A stretch of DNA of 64,000 nucleotides from Ostrea edulis (taxonomy: Eukaryota). Positions 25,310-36,234 of this stretch are shown one piece after another (position 1 is the first letter of the stretch; each line of letters opens with the position of its first letter). The stretch is taken from NCBI RefSeq assembly GCF_947568905.1, contig NC_079164.1:34534001-34598000 (forward strand), read 5' to 3'. The notes beneath the pieces are model-generated. The model saw only the letters and a list, made by a program, of their open reading frames with translations, was not told the DNA's origin and made no database searches. The position numbers were made by a program, and so were the translations under genes.

Positions 25310-26636
25310 AAAATAATTTTCCTGTTCTGGTTTTCTAAGCTAAATTCTAATATTTAGCAGCAGTATAAAACAAGATGTGTTCTTAAAACTCAATACCCCC
25401 GATAGTGCCCAATACTGAGGAAATTCTTTACGTTATATAATATATATGTTATATTAACACTATGTGACTATTTTGGACCCACCCTACAGTAAAAACCATG
25501 GGGTTGCGAAATCCACAACTTTAATTGGTTCATCCTTTTCTGCTTGTCCTAAATAAGCATTTAGTTTTTAAATAGAATCAGCAAGATTAAAGAAGTACTT
25601 CAAATGATAAAGACAATGGTAATTATTTATGAATGTTTGTCCAATCCTAGAACCAACACCCAGTGACGTATTTATGGTAAATCATGGGCTCATGTGTAAA
25701 AAAAAAAAAAAAAAAAAGACGATAAAAGAAGCAATCATTCCCCCCCCCCCCCCATTCGCAGAGAAATTAGTTGACAAGATCTTTTGATTTATATTTCATT
25801 CCAAAAAAACCCTTAAAATTGTGTCATTTTATTAATTTCACCTCATCAAAAATGACAGAAAATAGTGAAAATTACTACATAGGAGACATATTTCAAGCCT
25901 ATAAAATTCACTGAGGTCCTTAAGGTGGCCCCTAGACACCCTGCCTCCTGAAGGTGCACCCCTAACTCCATTTTTTATCCGCCCCTGAAACCCCTTGCCC
26001 AACCCCAGGGATCATGAAATTTACAGTTTGGTAAAGGGCTACCTGCTCCCTTTAAATATTTATTTAGTTTCAATTGGGTATCGTGTTTTACACATACGTA
26101 CTATAAACCAAATTTGGCCCCACCCATCTTCGCTAGCCAAGGGTGACGATCCACGGTGTTTCTCTATTCGAATAGAGAAACACCGTGGATCGTCGCCCTT
26201 GGCTAGCGAAGATGGTTTGCTAGCCAAGGGTGACGATCCACGGTGTTTCTCTATTCGAATAGAGAAACACCGTGGATCGTCACCCTTGGCTAGCGAAGAT
26301 GGTCCCCACCCTGCTGCGAGATTCTCTTCCCCAGGGATCATGAAATTTACAATTTGGTAGACGCCTTCCTGCTCTACATGACTATGCATATAGTTTATTC
26401 ATACAGATATGCGGTTGTTTGAAATTGATCAATGTTTGGCAGTTCAGGCCCCGAAGGTGCAGGAGTCCTGAAATTCACAATTCGTGTACATTTGTCCCAA
26501 AGATGTTTTATACCAAATTTGCGAAGAATTGGAATGGTAGTTATCAAGAAATAGTTTTTAAAATGTTCAATTGTTAACGTACGACGGACGCAGACCAATT
26601 GCAGCTGGTCACCCGAGTGACTCAGGTGACCTAAAA
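25310..26636 (-). mobile_element. Helentron-type non-autonomous element (HINE), truncated at one end
   Basis: GGTCACCCGAGTGACTCAGGTGACCTAAAA terminus, (GACG)n-like microsatellite and internal degenerate repeats shared with 30341-31744. Confidence 0.7.
26124..26303. mobile_element. Tandem dimer of a palindromic mini-element inserted into the HINE, with an 8-bp duplication CCCCACCC
   Basis: 92-bp palindrome at 26124-26215 (1 mismatch) plus 76-bp perfect palindrome at 26219-26294, both centred on TTC|GAA; CCCCACCC at 26118-26125 and 26304-26311. Confidence 0.85.
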
Positions 26637-27704
26637 TCTAAGTTGTGTATGAGTACAAGGTCACGCAAACTTAAAGTGTGCATCAGACTTTTCATCCTAT
26701 TTTAATGATGCTTGATATCGTGTACAACGATCTTGGGTTACCATTGATTTTTGTCATCAAAGATCAAGGTAAACTGTCAATAAATAGTATATATGTAGGA
26801 GTATACCCGCGTTAATTACGAGGAATCCCTAGGTTTCAGAGCCCTTGTCATCCCCAGGCAACATTATTGCGAAGGAATATGATTTGTCAGTACGTTCGTA
26901 GTTTTACATTTGATTTTTTAATGGTACCTTGTGTAAATATCCGGGTCTTTATTATTTAGTCACTGGAAGCGATTCCGTGAGAGCATGTACAAAAATTAAA
27001 GTGCATTATTTGATTTTTTCTCTCAGACCTTCAGGAATATTTATTTAGTATTACTTTGCATGATGATCTAGGTTCATAATGATTTCAAGGTCAGATGCAA
27101 AAGGTTAAGGCGAGTGGAAAACAATTCCTCGTGTTCAAGATTTAAGTATCAGTTCTGTTCGGGATTTTGTTGAGTTTTCATGAATGGCAGCAATGTGGTT
27201 TTTTCTTGAGTTTTTTTTTTTTTAGGTCAAAGTCATCGGAAAATAATCCAAATTTCCTGTGTAAAGGATTCTATCTGATTTTATTACACCTCCAGGAAAA
27301 TGATCAAGCGTAAGAGCTATCCTGGATACCTCATCCAGCAGGTTGCTCGTTTCATGTTGAAGACGTCAGTTCAAGTCCTAGGTCATCAAGCGTTCGGCTT
27401 TAGGGGTCGAAGTCGCGAGTCTATTGGATACGATATTAAAGATAGAGGTCGTCTGCCATAAAGGTAGACTTTGGCATGATTGGAAACCCTCATTGCTAAC
27501 CGTCCTAATGCTCAAAGCTTAGACCTAAATTGATTGATTGTTTGTATGTTTTACATCCCATTTGAGAATTTTTCATTCATGTAGATAAGGTACCAGACAT
27601 TGTGACCTATATATGGCGCTTACGGTCGTAGCAGTGAGGGATCCTTACTGTGTCAACACTTACCGTGATACGGGATCACCATTTGTTTAGGGTCATATCC
27701 TTAA

Positions 27705-29004
27705 AAACCCTTACAAAGATACATTGCTGGATCCAGTAAATGTTCTACCAAGCCCCCATCTTTGCTCCTCACGATACTATTAACAGCTGTGAAGGAGAAA
27801 CTTCAAACGTAATGTGCGACTACATATGCCAGAAGTGGTGTAAATCAAATGTGGATTCTAAAAAATTCTGAAGAACTTTTCGTAAACTTGAAATCGCAAA
27901 ACTTTTCTCAAATCAACAACATCAAAACGTATGACTTTTCAACACTTTACATGACCATTCCTCACCATAAATTAAAGACTAGACTTTTTGACTTTATAGA
28001 CACTTGCTTTTTCAACAAAAATGGGAAACGCAAATATTCCTATCTAGTGATCAATCATCCAAAAAATTACTTTGTTAAACGCCACTCTGATTCCACACAC
28101 AAGTACTCTGAAGTTGAAATATAAAAAAAAATATGCTGGAGTTCCTCATTGACAATATCGAAGTATTCTTTGGTGATCAGGTCTTCCAACAGTCTATCGG
28201 AATCCCCATGGGCACGAATTGTGCTCCTTTTTTAGCTGACCTGTTTTTATATTCCAATAAAGCAGAATTTATTCAAAAGCTTCTACGTGAGAAGAAAAAA
28301 TCTCCTGTTGTGGCCTTCAATTCGACATTTAGATATATCGACGACGTATTATTTAATAACAATAATAATTTTTATTCATATGTCGATTCGATATATCCCA
28401 GTGAACTCGAAATAAAAGACACCACAGAGTCGTACACTTCTGTTTCATACTTAGATATTTTATTGAAAGTAGATATTAACTGCAAACTAACAACTCAACT
28501 TTGTGATAAACGGGATGATTTCAGCTTCTCCATCGTCAACTTCCCATATTTATGTAGCAATATTCCATTATCACCTGCATATGGTGTTTATATCTCTCAA
28601 CTGATTCGATACGCAAGAGCTTGTTCTGCGCATGGTCAGTTTCTAAATCGAAGCAGGCAACTGACAAACAAGTTGATGGTGCAGGGGTTCCAACGTCTCG
28701 TTTAAAGTCAGCATTTCGCAAATCCTATGGTCGTTATAACGATCTAGTTTGCCAATACAACCTATCATTAGGTCAAATGTCTGACGTGTTTCATACCGAT
28801 TGTTGGGCCGTTCTTGGCGCACTGATTTTGACTACAGATTAATACGTTTACCTGATCAAGATATAGGGCTCACAGCGGGTGTGACCGGTCGACAGGGGAT
28901 TCTCCTAGGCACCTGGTATCCAGGGGTCCGTGTTTGCCCAACTCTCTATTTTGTATTGCTTATAAGAGTTATGAGATTGATCACTGTTCGTTATTCACCT
29001 TTCA
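27705..29004 (+). mobile_element. 5'-truncated, decayed Penelope-like retroelement (RT at the C-terminus, Naiad-like) with 3' tail
   Basis: YIAGSSKCSTKP, KTYDFSTLYMTIPH, GIPMGTNCAPFLADLFLY, FRYIDDV and RYARAC motifs; an in-frame TAA near 27811 and frameshifts near 28125 and 28700; no endonuclease downstream of the RT. Confidence 0.85.
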
Positions 29005-29331
29005 TCCAAGAGACCCGTGACTTTCAGTTCTACTGCCGGGTGCTTGACGAATGAACAATTACTACATCTATTAAGGTTTGACCCGGTGCAGGGATCGAAA
29101 ATCGAACCCGGGTCTCCTGGTTGAGATGCAAATGTCAAACCACAAGGGTACCGCGACCTATATACTGACGTGCCAAAAGAACGTTAAATTCCATATTGTA
29201 TCGCGTCCATTAACATCTGTGATTAGATTGGTTTCCAAAGTCAAATGTAAACAGTCATTGTCAATGGAAGAGAAATATCAAAACTTCTTTTGTGCTTGAC
29301 TGAGTGTATTTGGTCCTTATTTACACAGATG

Positions 29332-29543
29332 GGAATTCCCGCAATCTAATTAAAATCAGATCTCCTCTAACCGTTACACTTCTCCAGTGTTAAGGAAGAT
29401 CTTACACTTCTCCAGTGTTAAGGAAGATCTTACACTTCTCCAGTGTTAAGGAAGATCTTACACTTCTCCAGTGTTAAGGAAGATCTTACACATCTCCAGT
29501 GTAACGGTTAAAGAGGATCCGATTTAATTAGATTGAGAATTCC
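29332..29543. mobile_element. Inverted-repeat-bounded mini-element with an internal 28-bp tandem array (4 full units plus 1 partial)
   Basis: Arms GGAATTC..CAATCTAATTAAAATCAGATCTCCTCTAACCGTTACACT / AGTGTAACGGTTAAAGAGGATCCGATTTAATTAGATTGAGAATTCC; unit TTACACTTCTCCAGTGTTAAGGAAGATC. Confidence 0.8.
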
Positions 29544-30340
29544 TTTAGTCTTGGTTTTGAAAATCAAACAACAAGGGCATTGAAGGGCACTTTGGAAATA
29601 TGTCATGTCGGTTGTAATCCGATTAAAATCAGATATTCTCTAACTGTTCCACTGGAGAAAAATCTGACCGCATTGCGTTCGGGGTCATGTTATTTCGCCT
29701 TTCACACTTGCCCAATCAATTGACGGTTTTTTGCTGCTTTGAATATACTCGGGAGAATAATCGAACGTGATGGCGGCCACCATGAGCGATGTTAGAACGC
29801 TAAAGAAAATATATTTGAACGATATTGCATGTATAATATCTAAGATCTTCCTATGCTCTTCCTTTAAGGCTGATATTTGAAATTCGATTAAACTTTTCAC
29901 ATTTGTGAACTTTACATTCCGAATACGCTTCAGTAAAACGATTCTTGGTTGGTCCTAGATTCTTTGTCAAGCTATTGTTATTAGTCGAATATTTATTGAA
30001 TAATTTATGAGACTTGGGTCAATAAAATGACCTCAAATGCAGATCTTTAATTAGATCATGTCAGTTGATGTTCCAATCTAACAGAGAAGCGTTGGGATAC
30101 CAGTTGTTTCTTGTACCGTGGGGACCAGAGTTAGAGTAGCCTCAATAGGTCGATATCCTCAATACCCATTGCTTGTTGTAAGAGGGGGTCCTTCGGATGA
30201 GACCGGAAAAACCTAGGTCCATTGTCACAGCAGGTGTGGCATGATATTAAAATCCCTTCCTGTGCAAAGGCCGTAAGCGCCGAGCATGGGCCTAAAATGA
30301 GGACAGCCCTTCATCGGCAATGGTGATGTCTCTATGAGTG

Positions 30341-31744
30341 ACCAAGAGGCCCACAGGCCTTATCGGTCACCTGATTATTAGTATCATTTGACCAGTGGCA
30401 AGGGCTATGAAATCCATTTTTGGGTATTTATGCTAAATTTGATATTTAGCAACAGTATAAAACAAGATTTGTTATTAAAACTCAAATGTCCTCGAAAAGC
30501 TTTGATTAATATACTTTAAGTCACAATGGCTAATTTGGACCTGTCCTTGAGTTTTTCTTACACATGTCTGATTGTACAAAATGAAAATTAGTTAATTTTT
30601 GCCCCGTCTCTAAGGCTCCAGGGTACCAGAAATCCAGAAATTTACAATTTAGGCCCCCTTGTCCAAAAGATGATTCATGTCAAAAGAAGGTTAAAAATGT
30701 TCTATTGTTCATACATTTAATAATTGACCATTTTTGCCCCACCCTGATTCCAAAACCTACTGCTGGGATCATTAAATTTACAATTTTGGTAAAGGACTAC
30801 CTGCTCTTTCTTAAATATCCGTTTAGTTTCAATTTAGTATCAATAGCACTAAAAAAGATGTTATTTAAATGTTTTACATATTACCGCTATGTACCAAGTT
30901 TGGTTGGTCCTGCCCTGGAGTAAGAACCTCTACCCCGGGGATCATTTACAATTATGGTAGAAGCCTTCCTTCTCTATATCACCATGCATTTAGTTTTTCT
31001 TACATATGTACAGTTGTACAGAAGAAGATTTTTGAAAAATTGTCATTTTCTAAAATAGTTTTTGCCCCACCCTTAGGCCCCAGGGGTGCAGGAGTCCTGT
31101 TTACAATTAATGTCCCCCTTGTGTCCATGATGCTTCATGATAAATTAGAAAAGAATTGAAAACGTAGTTATCAAGAAAAAGTTTTAAAAGTTATATTATT
31201 TACTGACCATTTTGGCCCCACCCAGATACCAAAACACCTACCCCTGGGATCATCAAATTTGCCATTTTGGTGAAGAACTGTCTGCTCTTTCTAAATATCC
31301 ATTTAAGTTTAATTTAGTATCAATAGCAGTAAAGATGTTTATTTACATGTTTTACACATAAAAATTATGTACCAAGTTTGATCTCGCCCTGGGGTCAGAA
31401 CTTCTACTCCGAGGATCCTGCAATTTACAAGTTTGTTAGAGGTCTTCTTGCTCTACATCACCATGCATTTAGTTTTCCATACACACATGCAGTTGTAGAG
31501 AATAAGATTTTTGAAAACTAGTCAATTTTTGGCAGTTTTGCCCGTCCATAGAGCTTCAGGGGTGCAGGAGTCCTGAAATTTACAATTGATGCCACCCTTG
31601 TGCCAAGGATGCTTCATACATGTATCATTTGAAAAGAATAGAATGGTAGTTATCAAGAAGTTAAAAATGTTCAATTGTTACACACGTCGACGGACGATGA
31701 GTAATTGCAATAGGTCACCTGAGTTTATTCAGGTGACCTAAAAA
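30341..31744 (-). mobile_element. HINE (Helentron non-autonomous), apparently full length
   Basis: ACCAAGAGGCCCACAGGCC..GGTCACCTGA at one end and GGTCACCTGAGTTTATTCAGGTGACCTAAAA at the other, with internal tandem repeats. Confidence 0.75.
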
Positions 31745-31804
31745 TTCTCGAGCGCAACGTTAAACAATAAACAACCCACCGTTGGTTCGTCCACTGTATC
31801 TTTA

Positions 31805-31969
31805 TATGGTGTTCTGTTAAGGTCATTCGCTCCGGCGCATTTAGGGCAACAATGCAAGTCACACTCATTTTCTTGCGATGCTACCCTCTTTATTTTGCCT
31901 TAGCATTTTCCCTGCCAGACTTTGCTGCCCTTAAGATGATGGAGCAAGTGGCTGTAACAGAACACCATA
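31805..31969. mobile_element. Small MITE-like element with a 15-bp perfect terminal inverted repeat
   Basis: TATGGTGTTCTGTTA ... TAACAGAACACCATA. Confidence 0.55.
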
Positions 31970-32484
31970 ATTATCCAATGTTTATCCAACTTTCTCTCAG
32001 GAGTGGTACACTTTGCAATAGTGTGGCGATGTAATAGGGTAGGACGTACTTATTTCAACGAGATCAAATTTCCGCGGGTTGACGATATTCGTTTTGTCCG
32101 CGAGTGGGAATTTCCGCGGATTTGTATGTAGACGTACATGTACAACCAGACACTTTGCATTGAGGTTGGGAACAAAATGGTTAATTGATGCGCAATATGC
32201 AGTGACTGTACATACCTACTGGCCGGGTTAGAATACTTAGGTCCTCAGTACTCCTTGCTTGCCGTACGAGGCGACTAAATGTGGCGGTCCTTCGGACAGC
32301 AGGTGCATGTGGTACAATAAAGATCCCTCTCTGCTCAAAGGCCGTAAGAGCCGAGCATATGCAAAACTTTTGCACCCCTTCACCGGCAATTGTGACGTCT
32401 CCATACGAGTGAAAAGGTATCGCGCGGGATTTTAATCAATATACAACCAACCTACTGTATATCACATATAAAGAAAACAGACCG

Positions 32485-32752
32485 ACCTATCAATGGGTCA
32501 TATGCTGTCTGATGTGTTTCATACCGATTGTTAGGTCGTTCTTGGCACATTGAATTTGACTACGAATAACTCCGTTTACGTGATCAAGATATAGGTCTCA
32601 CGGCGGGTGTGACCGGTCTACAGGGGTGCTTACTTCTCCTAGGCACCTGATCCCACCTTTGGTATATCCAGGGGTCCATATTTGCCCAACTCTCTGTTTT
32701 GTTTTGCTTATAGGAGTATGAGATTTATCACTGTTCGTTATCTTCACCTTTC
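32485..32752 (+). mobile_element. Solo 3' tail of the Penelope-like family
   Basis: Aligns with 28760-29004 (GATCAAGATATAGG..GTGACCGGTC..CACTGTTCGTTATCTTCACCTTTC). Confidence 0.85.
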
Positions 32753-34030
32753 ACTATAGAAACTCTTCAATATCAGGAGATAAACAATTACTTATTGGAG
32801 TCAAAAAAATCAAGTGACTGTTTTTCATGCAGCATTAATAGTGATAGAGATACATTAACTTTGAAGCGAACAGCCGTGGCACCTATGTACACATTAATTG
32901 TTTGAACCGGCCGAAGCTGAATATGAATAATTGCTCCAAGATTCGGTGAAGGCGTCAGTCCGAACACCCAGCCGAGCTGAGATTAACCAAGCGTACAGTT
33001 TTTACTTAAAGTAGGTTGGACGCAGAGTTGCGTCTTTTTATGAAATGGGTCGTGACCTTTTGAAATCTTAAGCTCGGATTTACGCCGGACGTAAGAGATA
33101 CCACAAGCTTCTTGGGCCGTAGCATTGAGGGTTCTTAACGTGCCAACGCCTGCCGCGACATATAGTACTTTCATTTCAAGGTCATATCTGAAGTACCCAT
33201 GACTCTTTTCTAAATGCCAAGCGTTTGGCGAAGGAGCAATCACTCCAGTATTTCGTCTGTGGATTGATGCGGTAATGGCACGAGTAGGACTTTAACCCAT
33301 GAACTTCCGGTTATGAAGGGAACGTTCCAATCGCTGAGCTACTGCAATATATTGTTGAACTTTAAAAATAGATATCCTTAATAATTTAACTTTACGTTTT
33401 AATAAAGGACATCAATATATGTACCATGGTATTCTGTAAATATGTACCATGAAAGAAAGCACTTAAATGAATATGCATTAAAAATACGGCTGTAGGGGTA
33501 CATAACTGAAAATAGTTTCAAAATACCAGTCGTGGTTTTGACATTCTTTTTTTTCTGAAACGAGGTGAGTACTGACCATGCGACTCTCTTATTGGCATAC
33601 CGCTTGCTATTTTCCCAAGTTTTAGATCTATGCACATCTATCTACCATTTATTGTTTTACACAGGATCTAGCTAAATGTATTTGCTATGATGGGTCCTTA
33701 TTCCCATACAGACTATAGATGAATCTGTAATTTTGATATATTCCTTTCATCAAGGATGGAATCAAATATTTATGATATAAGGTCATGATGGGCGCACTTA
33801 CCCTGTTAGTTTAAAACCAAGAAATCTTGATTAGTAGTGCCTATGTATCTTTCAAACTATTTCTGTGCATAATCAACACATTTCTTCATAACACCTCCTA
33901 TTTAAAGTGTGAATATTCATGCTATGGTGAGGCTTGTTCATACTTATTTTACCTTGATAGTAACCACGAAAGAATGACAAGGCATGTAATTTTCCAAACG
34001 GTTTTGTGAAAAACATACGTTGAATGATAA

Positions 34031-34220
34031 TGTGAAGATTACGAACACTGATCGATCTCTTAAATCCTACGAAGAATAGAAAATTAAGAGGAGGGCAAAT
34101 ACGGACATCAGAGGTGGGAACAGTCTGGGAGTAGTAAACATCCCCTGCGGACCGGTCACATTCTCCGTGAGCCTTATATTTTGTTCAGGTAAACGGAGTA
34201 ATCCTTAGTCAAAATCAGTG
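34031..34220 (-). mobile_element. Diverged partial 3' tail of the Penelope-like family
   Basis: The reverse complement resembles 28830-29000 with deletions. Confidence 0.7.
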
Positions 34221-34322
34221 AAAAACAGTCTAACAATGAACTAACTAAATATATGTAATTTTATATTCACAAGTGTAGAACGTGTTACAATAAACTCTGG
34301 TGTTAATTTCTTTAATATTTAG

Positions 34323-34544
34323 ATTGACTGGCTTGGGCCCTTCTTTGGATCGACGTTAGGGGGACTGGTGTATGACAATGCCTTTGCTGTGAATGCCTCG
34401 CTGGAAAAAGTCCGGTCTTTCCTCCTGGCCAGCGAATATGAACACGACAGTTACCCCGCCAAAAAGACGAAAATTAAAATCATCCAAGAAGAGATCGAGG
34501 AGGTAAACAACACTTCGGATAAGCCTGCGATGGAATCGGTCTGA
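34323..34544 (+). pseudogene. Orphan duplicate of aquaporin A exon 3 (possible alternative last exon)
   Basis: Same 222-nt length, intact AG acceptor and TGA as 23719-23940; 8 substitutions including YWLGP to DWLGP. No copies of exons 1-2 were seen upstream of it. Confidence 0.8.
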
Positions 34545-34594
34545 ATGATAGAGACATTGATGCTCTGTATAGCCATTTTGTATGAATTCAATCG

Positions 34595-35440
34595 CTATAG
34601 AGATTCCGATTTTTCTTCGTCATTCTTTTCCGGTTCTTCTCCATCCTCCAATTTCGAATTTTCTTCTGATGGATAGATCATTTTACAAATCATGACAGAT
34701 TTACCGTTGTTGTTGGTGATCAGAAACTTGTTTTGGTTATTCTTGGATAATGTCAACGCCACTGGCATTTCTAAGCCGTCTGATTTTGATAATACAGTTT
34801 CTTTTTGTTCACCATCAAGTGAAAATCTGCAAATGCTGTGAGTCCAGCGACCTACGACTAGAAGGCTTTGATCTTGTATTACCAAAGCGCGGCAATACTT
34901 GAGCGACGAATCAGCATGCATGATGGAATATTTTCCATTGGGAGAAATACTGTGAATGGTGTCGGTTTTCCATCCAGTGAAGTACACATATTTGTTTTCG
35001 TCTGAGCAGATGTATCTCGCAGAATTGTCCTGAATCACAGTAATCTTAAGAATAGTCCCATCTATGTCCAGTGTAATTAAGTGAGTGCCACACGCCGTTA
35101 CCAATAATTCTCCAATCCGAGTTATTCCAAAACACTCATAACCAACGTGTACGGTTTTTGTCACTTTCATTTTACCCAAATTAAAGAACTGGATCATGAG
35201 TTCATTGGGTAACGTCATCGCAATCTGATCCTTGTCCAGGAGAACCACATCGCGTGGGTTTCCATCCAGCGGAATTGTATGAAGGAGGTTTCCATCTTCG
35301 TCGTACAGAAGTATTCTGCAATTGTTACTGTCCGCCAGTAGTATCCTCTCGTCAGGAAGACTAAGGACACTAGTTATCCATGGCGGTGCGCCACCAGTAC
35401 CATGTTCCACTCCGAAACTCCTCTTGATATTTATCTCCAT
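34595..35440 (-). CDS. NHL-repeat / beta-propeller coding exon, copy 2, 281 aa
   Basis: Intact ORF; 19 amino-acid differences from copy 1 by manual count; same position relative to the aquaporin exon-3 copy. Confidence 0.75.
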   Translation of the reverse strand: MEINIKRSFGVEHGTGGAPPWITSVLSLPDERILLADSNNCRILLYDEDGNLLHTIPLDGNPRDVVLLDKDQIAMTLPNELMIQFFNLGKMKVTKTVHVGYECFGITRIGELLVTACGTHLITLDIDGTILKITVIQDNSARYICSDENKYVYFTGWKTDTIHSISPNGKYSIMHADSSLKYCRALVIQDQSLLVVGRWTHSICRFSLDGEQKETVLSKSDGLEMPVALTLSKNNQNKFLITNNNGKSVMICKMIYPSEENSKLEDGEEPEKNDEEKSESL

Positions 35441-35904
35441 ACTGTACAGTGATAGATCTACATCTACACTTTCCTATTAAACTTTGCACCTTGCAAATAT
35501 TCAGGTGAAGCACGTAAATGTTGTAATCTAAGTAAATATATAAAAAAAAAAGGAGTTTTTGCTTTTGTTCCACGGCGTGTGGCTAATGTCTTCCTGATAT
35601 AGAATAACTATCTCAAACATTGACTCTGTAAAACGATATTTATAAGTGGTGCAAAGTAGCATAACTACGAATGAGAAGTACGACACGGAAACTAAGTACA
35701 AACACTACTCATGAACTACAGGCTTACAAAATGTTGAGCCAAAAGCCATACATGTATTTATACGGTACGTGTACTTAAAAGACAATGAAAATCCTATCTT
35801 AGCCATATTTGTGTCAATTTGTTTTATTTTTACTGTTTGTATGAGTCAAAAGACAAGGTATTGCGAAGCCTATATTTTGTGAAATATATGTTTTGCGAGC
35901 TATG

Positions 35905-35963
<59 letters not shown>

Positions 35964-36234
35964 TTTTCACTCCTAGTGGAAAAACATTTTTAGTCATACT
36001 AGTAGTCTGATTCGCACACATTCAGCTAGTGCATGTGAACGCCTCGCAAGAAATACAATTACATGTACACATCAGGCGTAAAATTTGCAGGTATACAACT
36101 ACTAAAATGGGTCCATGTGAACGGGGCATATTTCTTTGGACATTTATGATTATACCTGTTCACCTTTTATGCATTACAAATAAAGAGTTCCATTTTCATT
36201 ATTACATTGATCAAGAAATAGTTGCGATTTACTG

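Noticed and set aside
25995-26389. The same peptide (SSLAKGDDPRCFSIRIEKHRGSSPLASEDG) on both strands
   Set aside because: A direct consequence of the DNA palindromes, not evidence of coding.
27705-28810. Selenocysteine recoding as reported for some Naiads
   Set aside because: The interruptions seen are TAA and frameshifts; no in-frame TGA was seen in the RT frame.
29685-29960. Minus-strand ORF as the missing upstream exon of NHL copy 1
   Set aside because: No B-box, RING or clear coiled-coil pattern and no convincing donor; the origin is unidentified.
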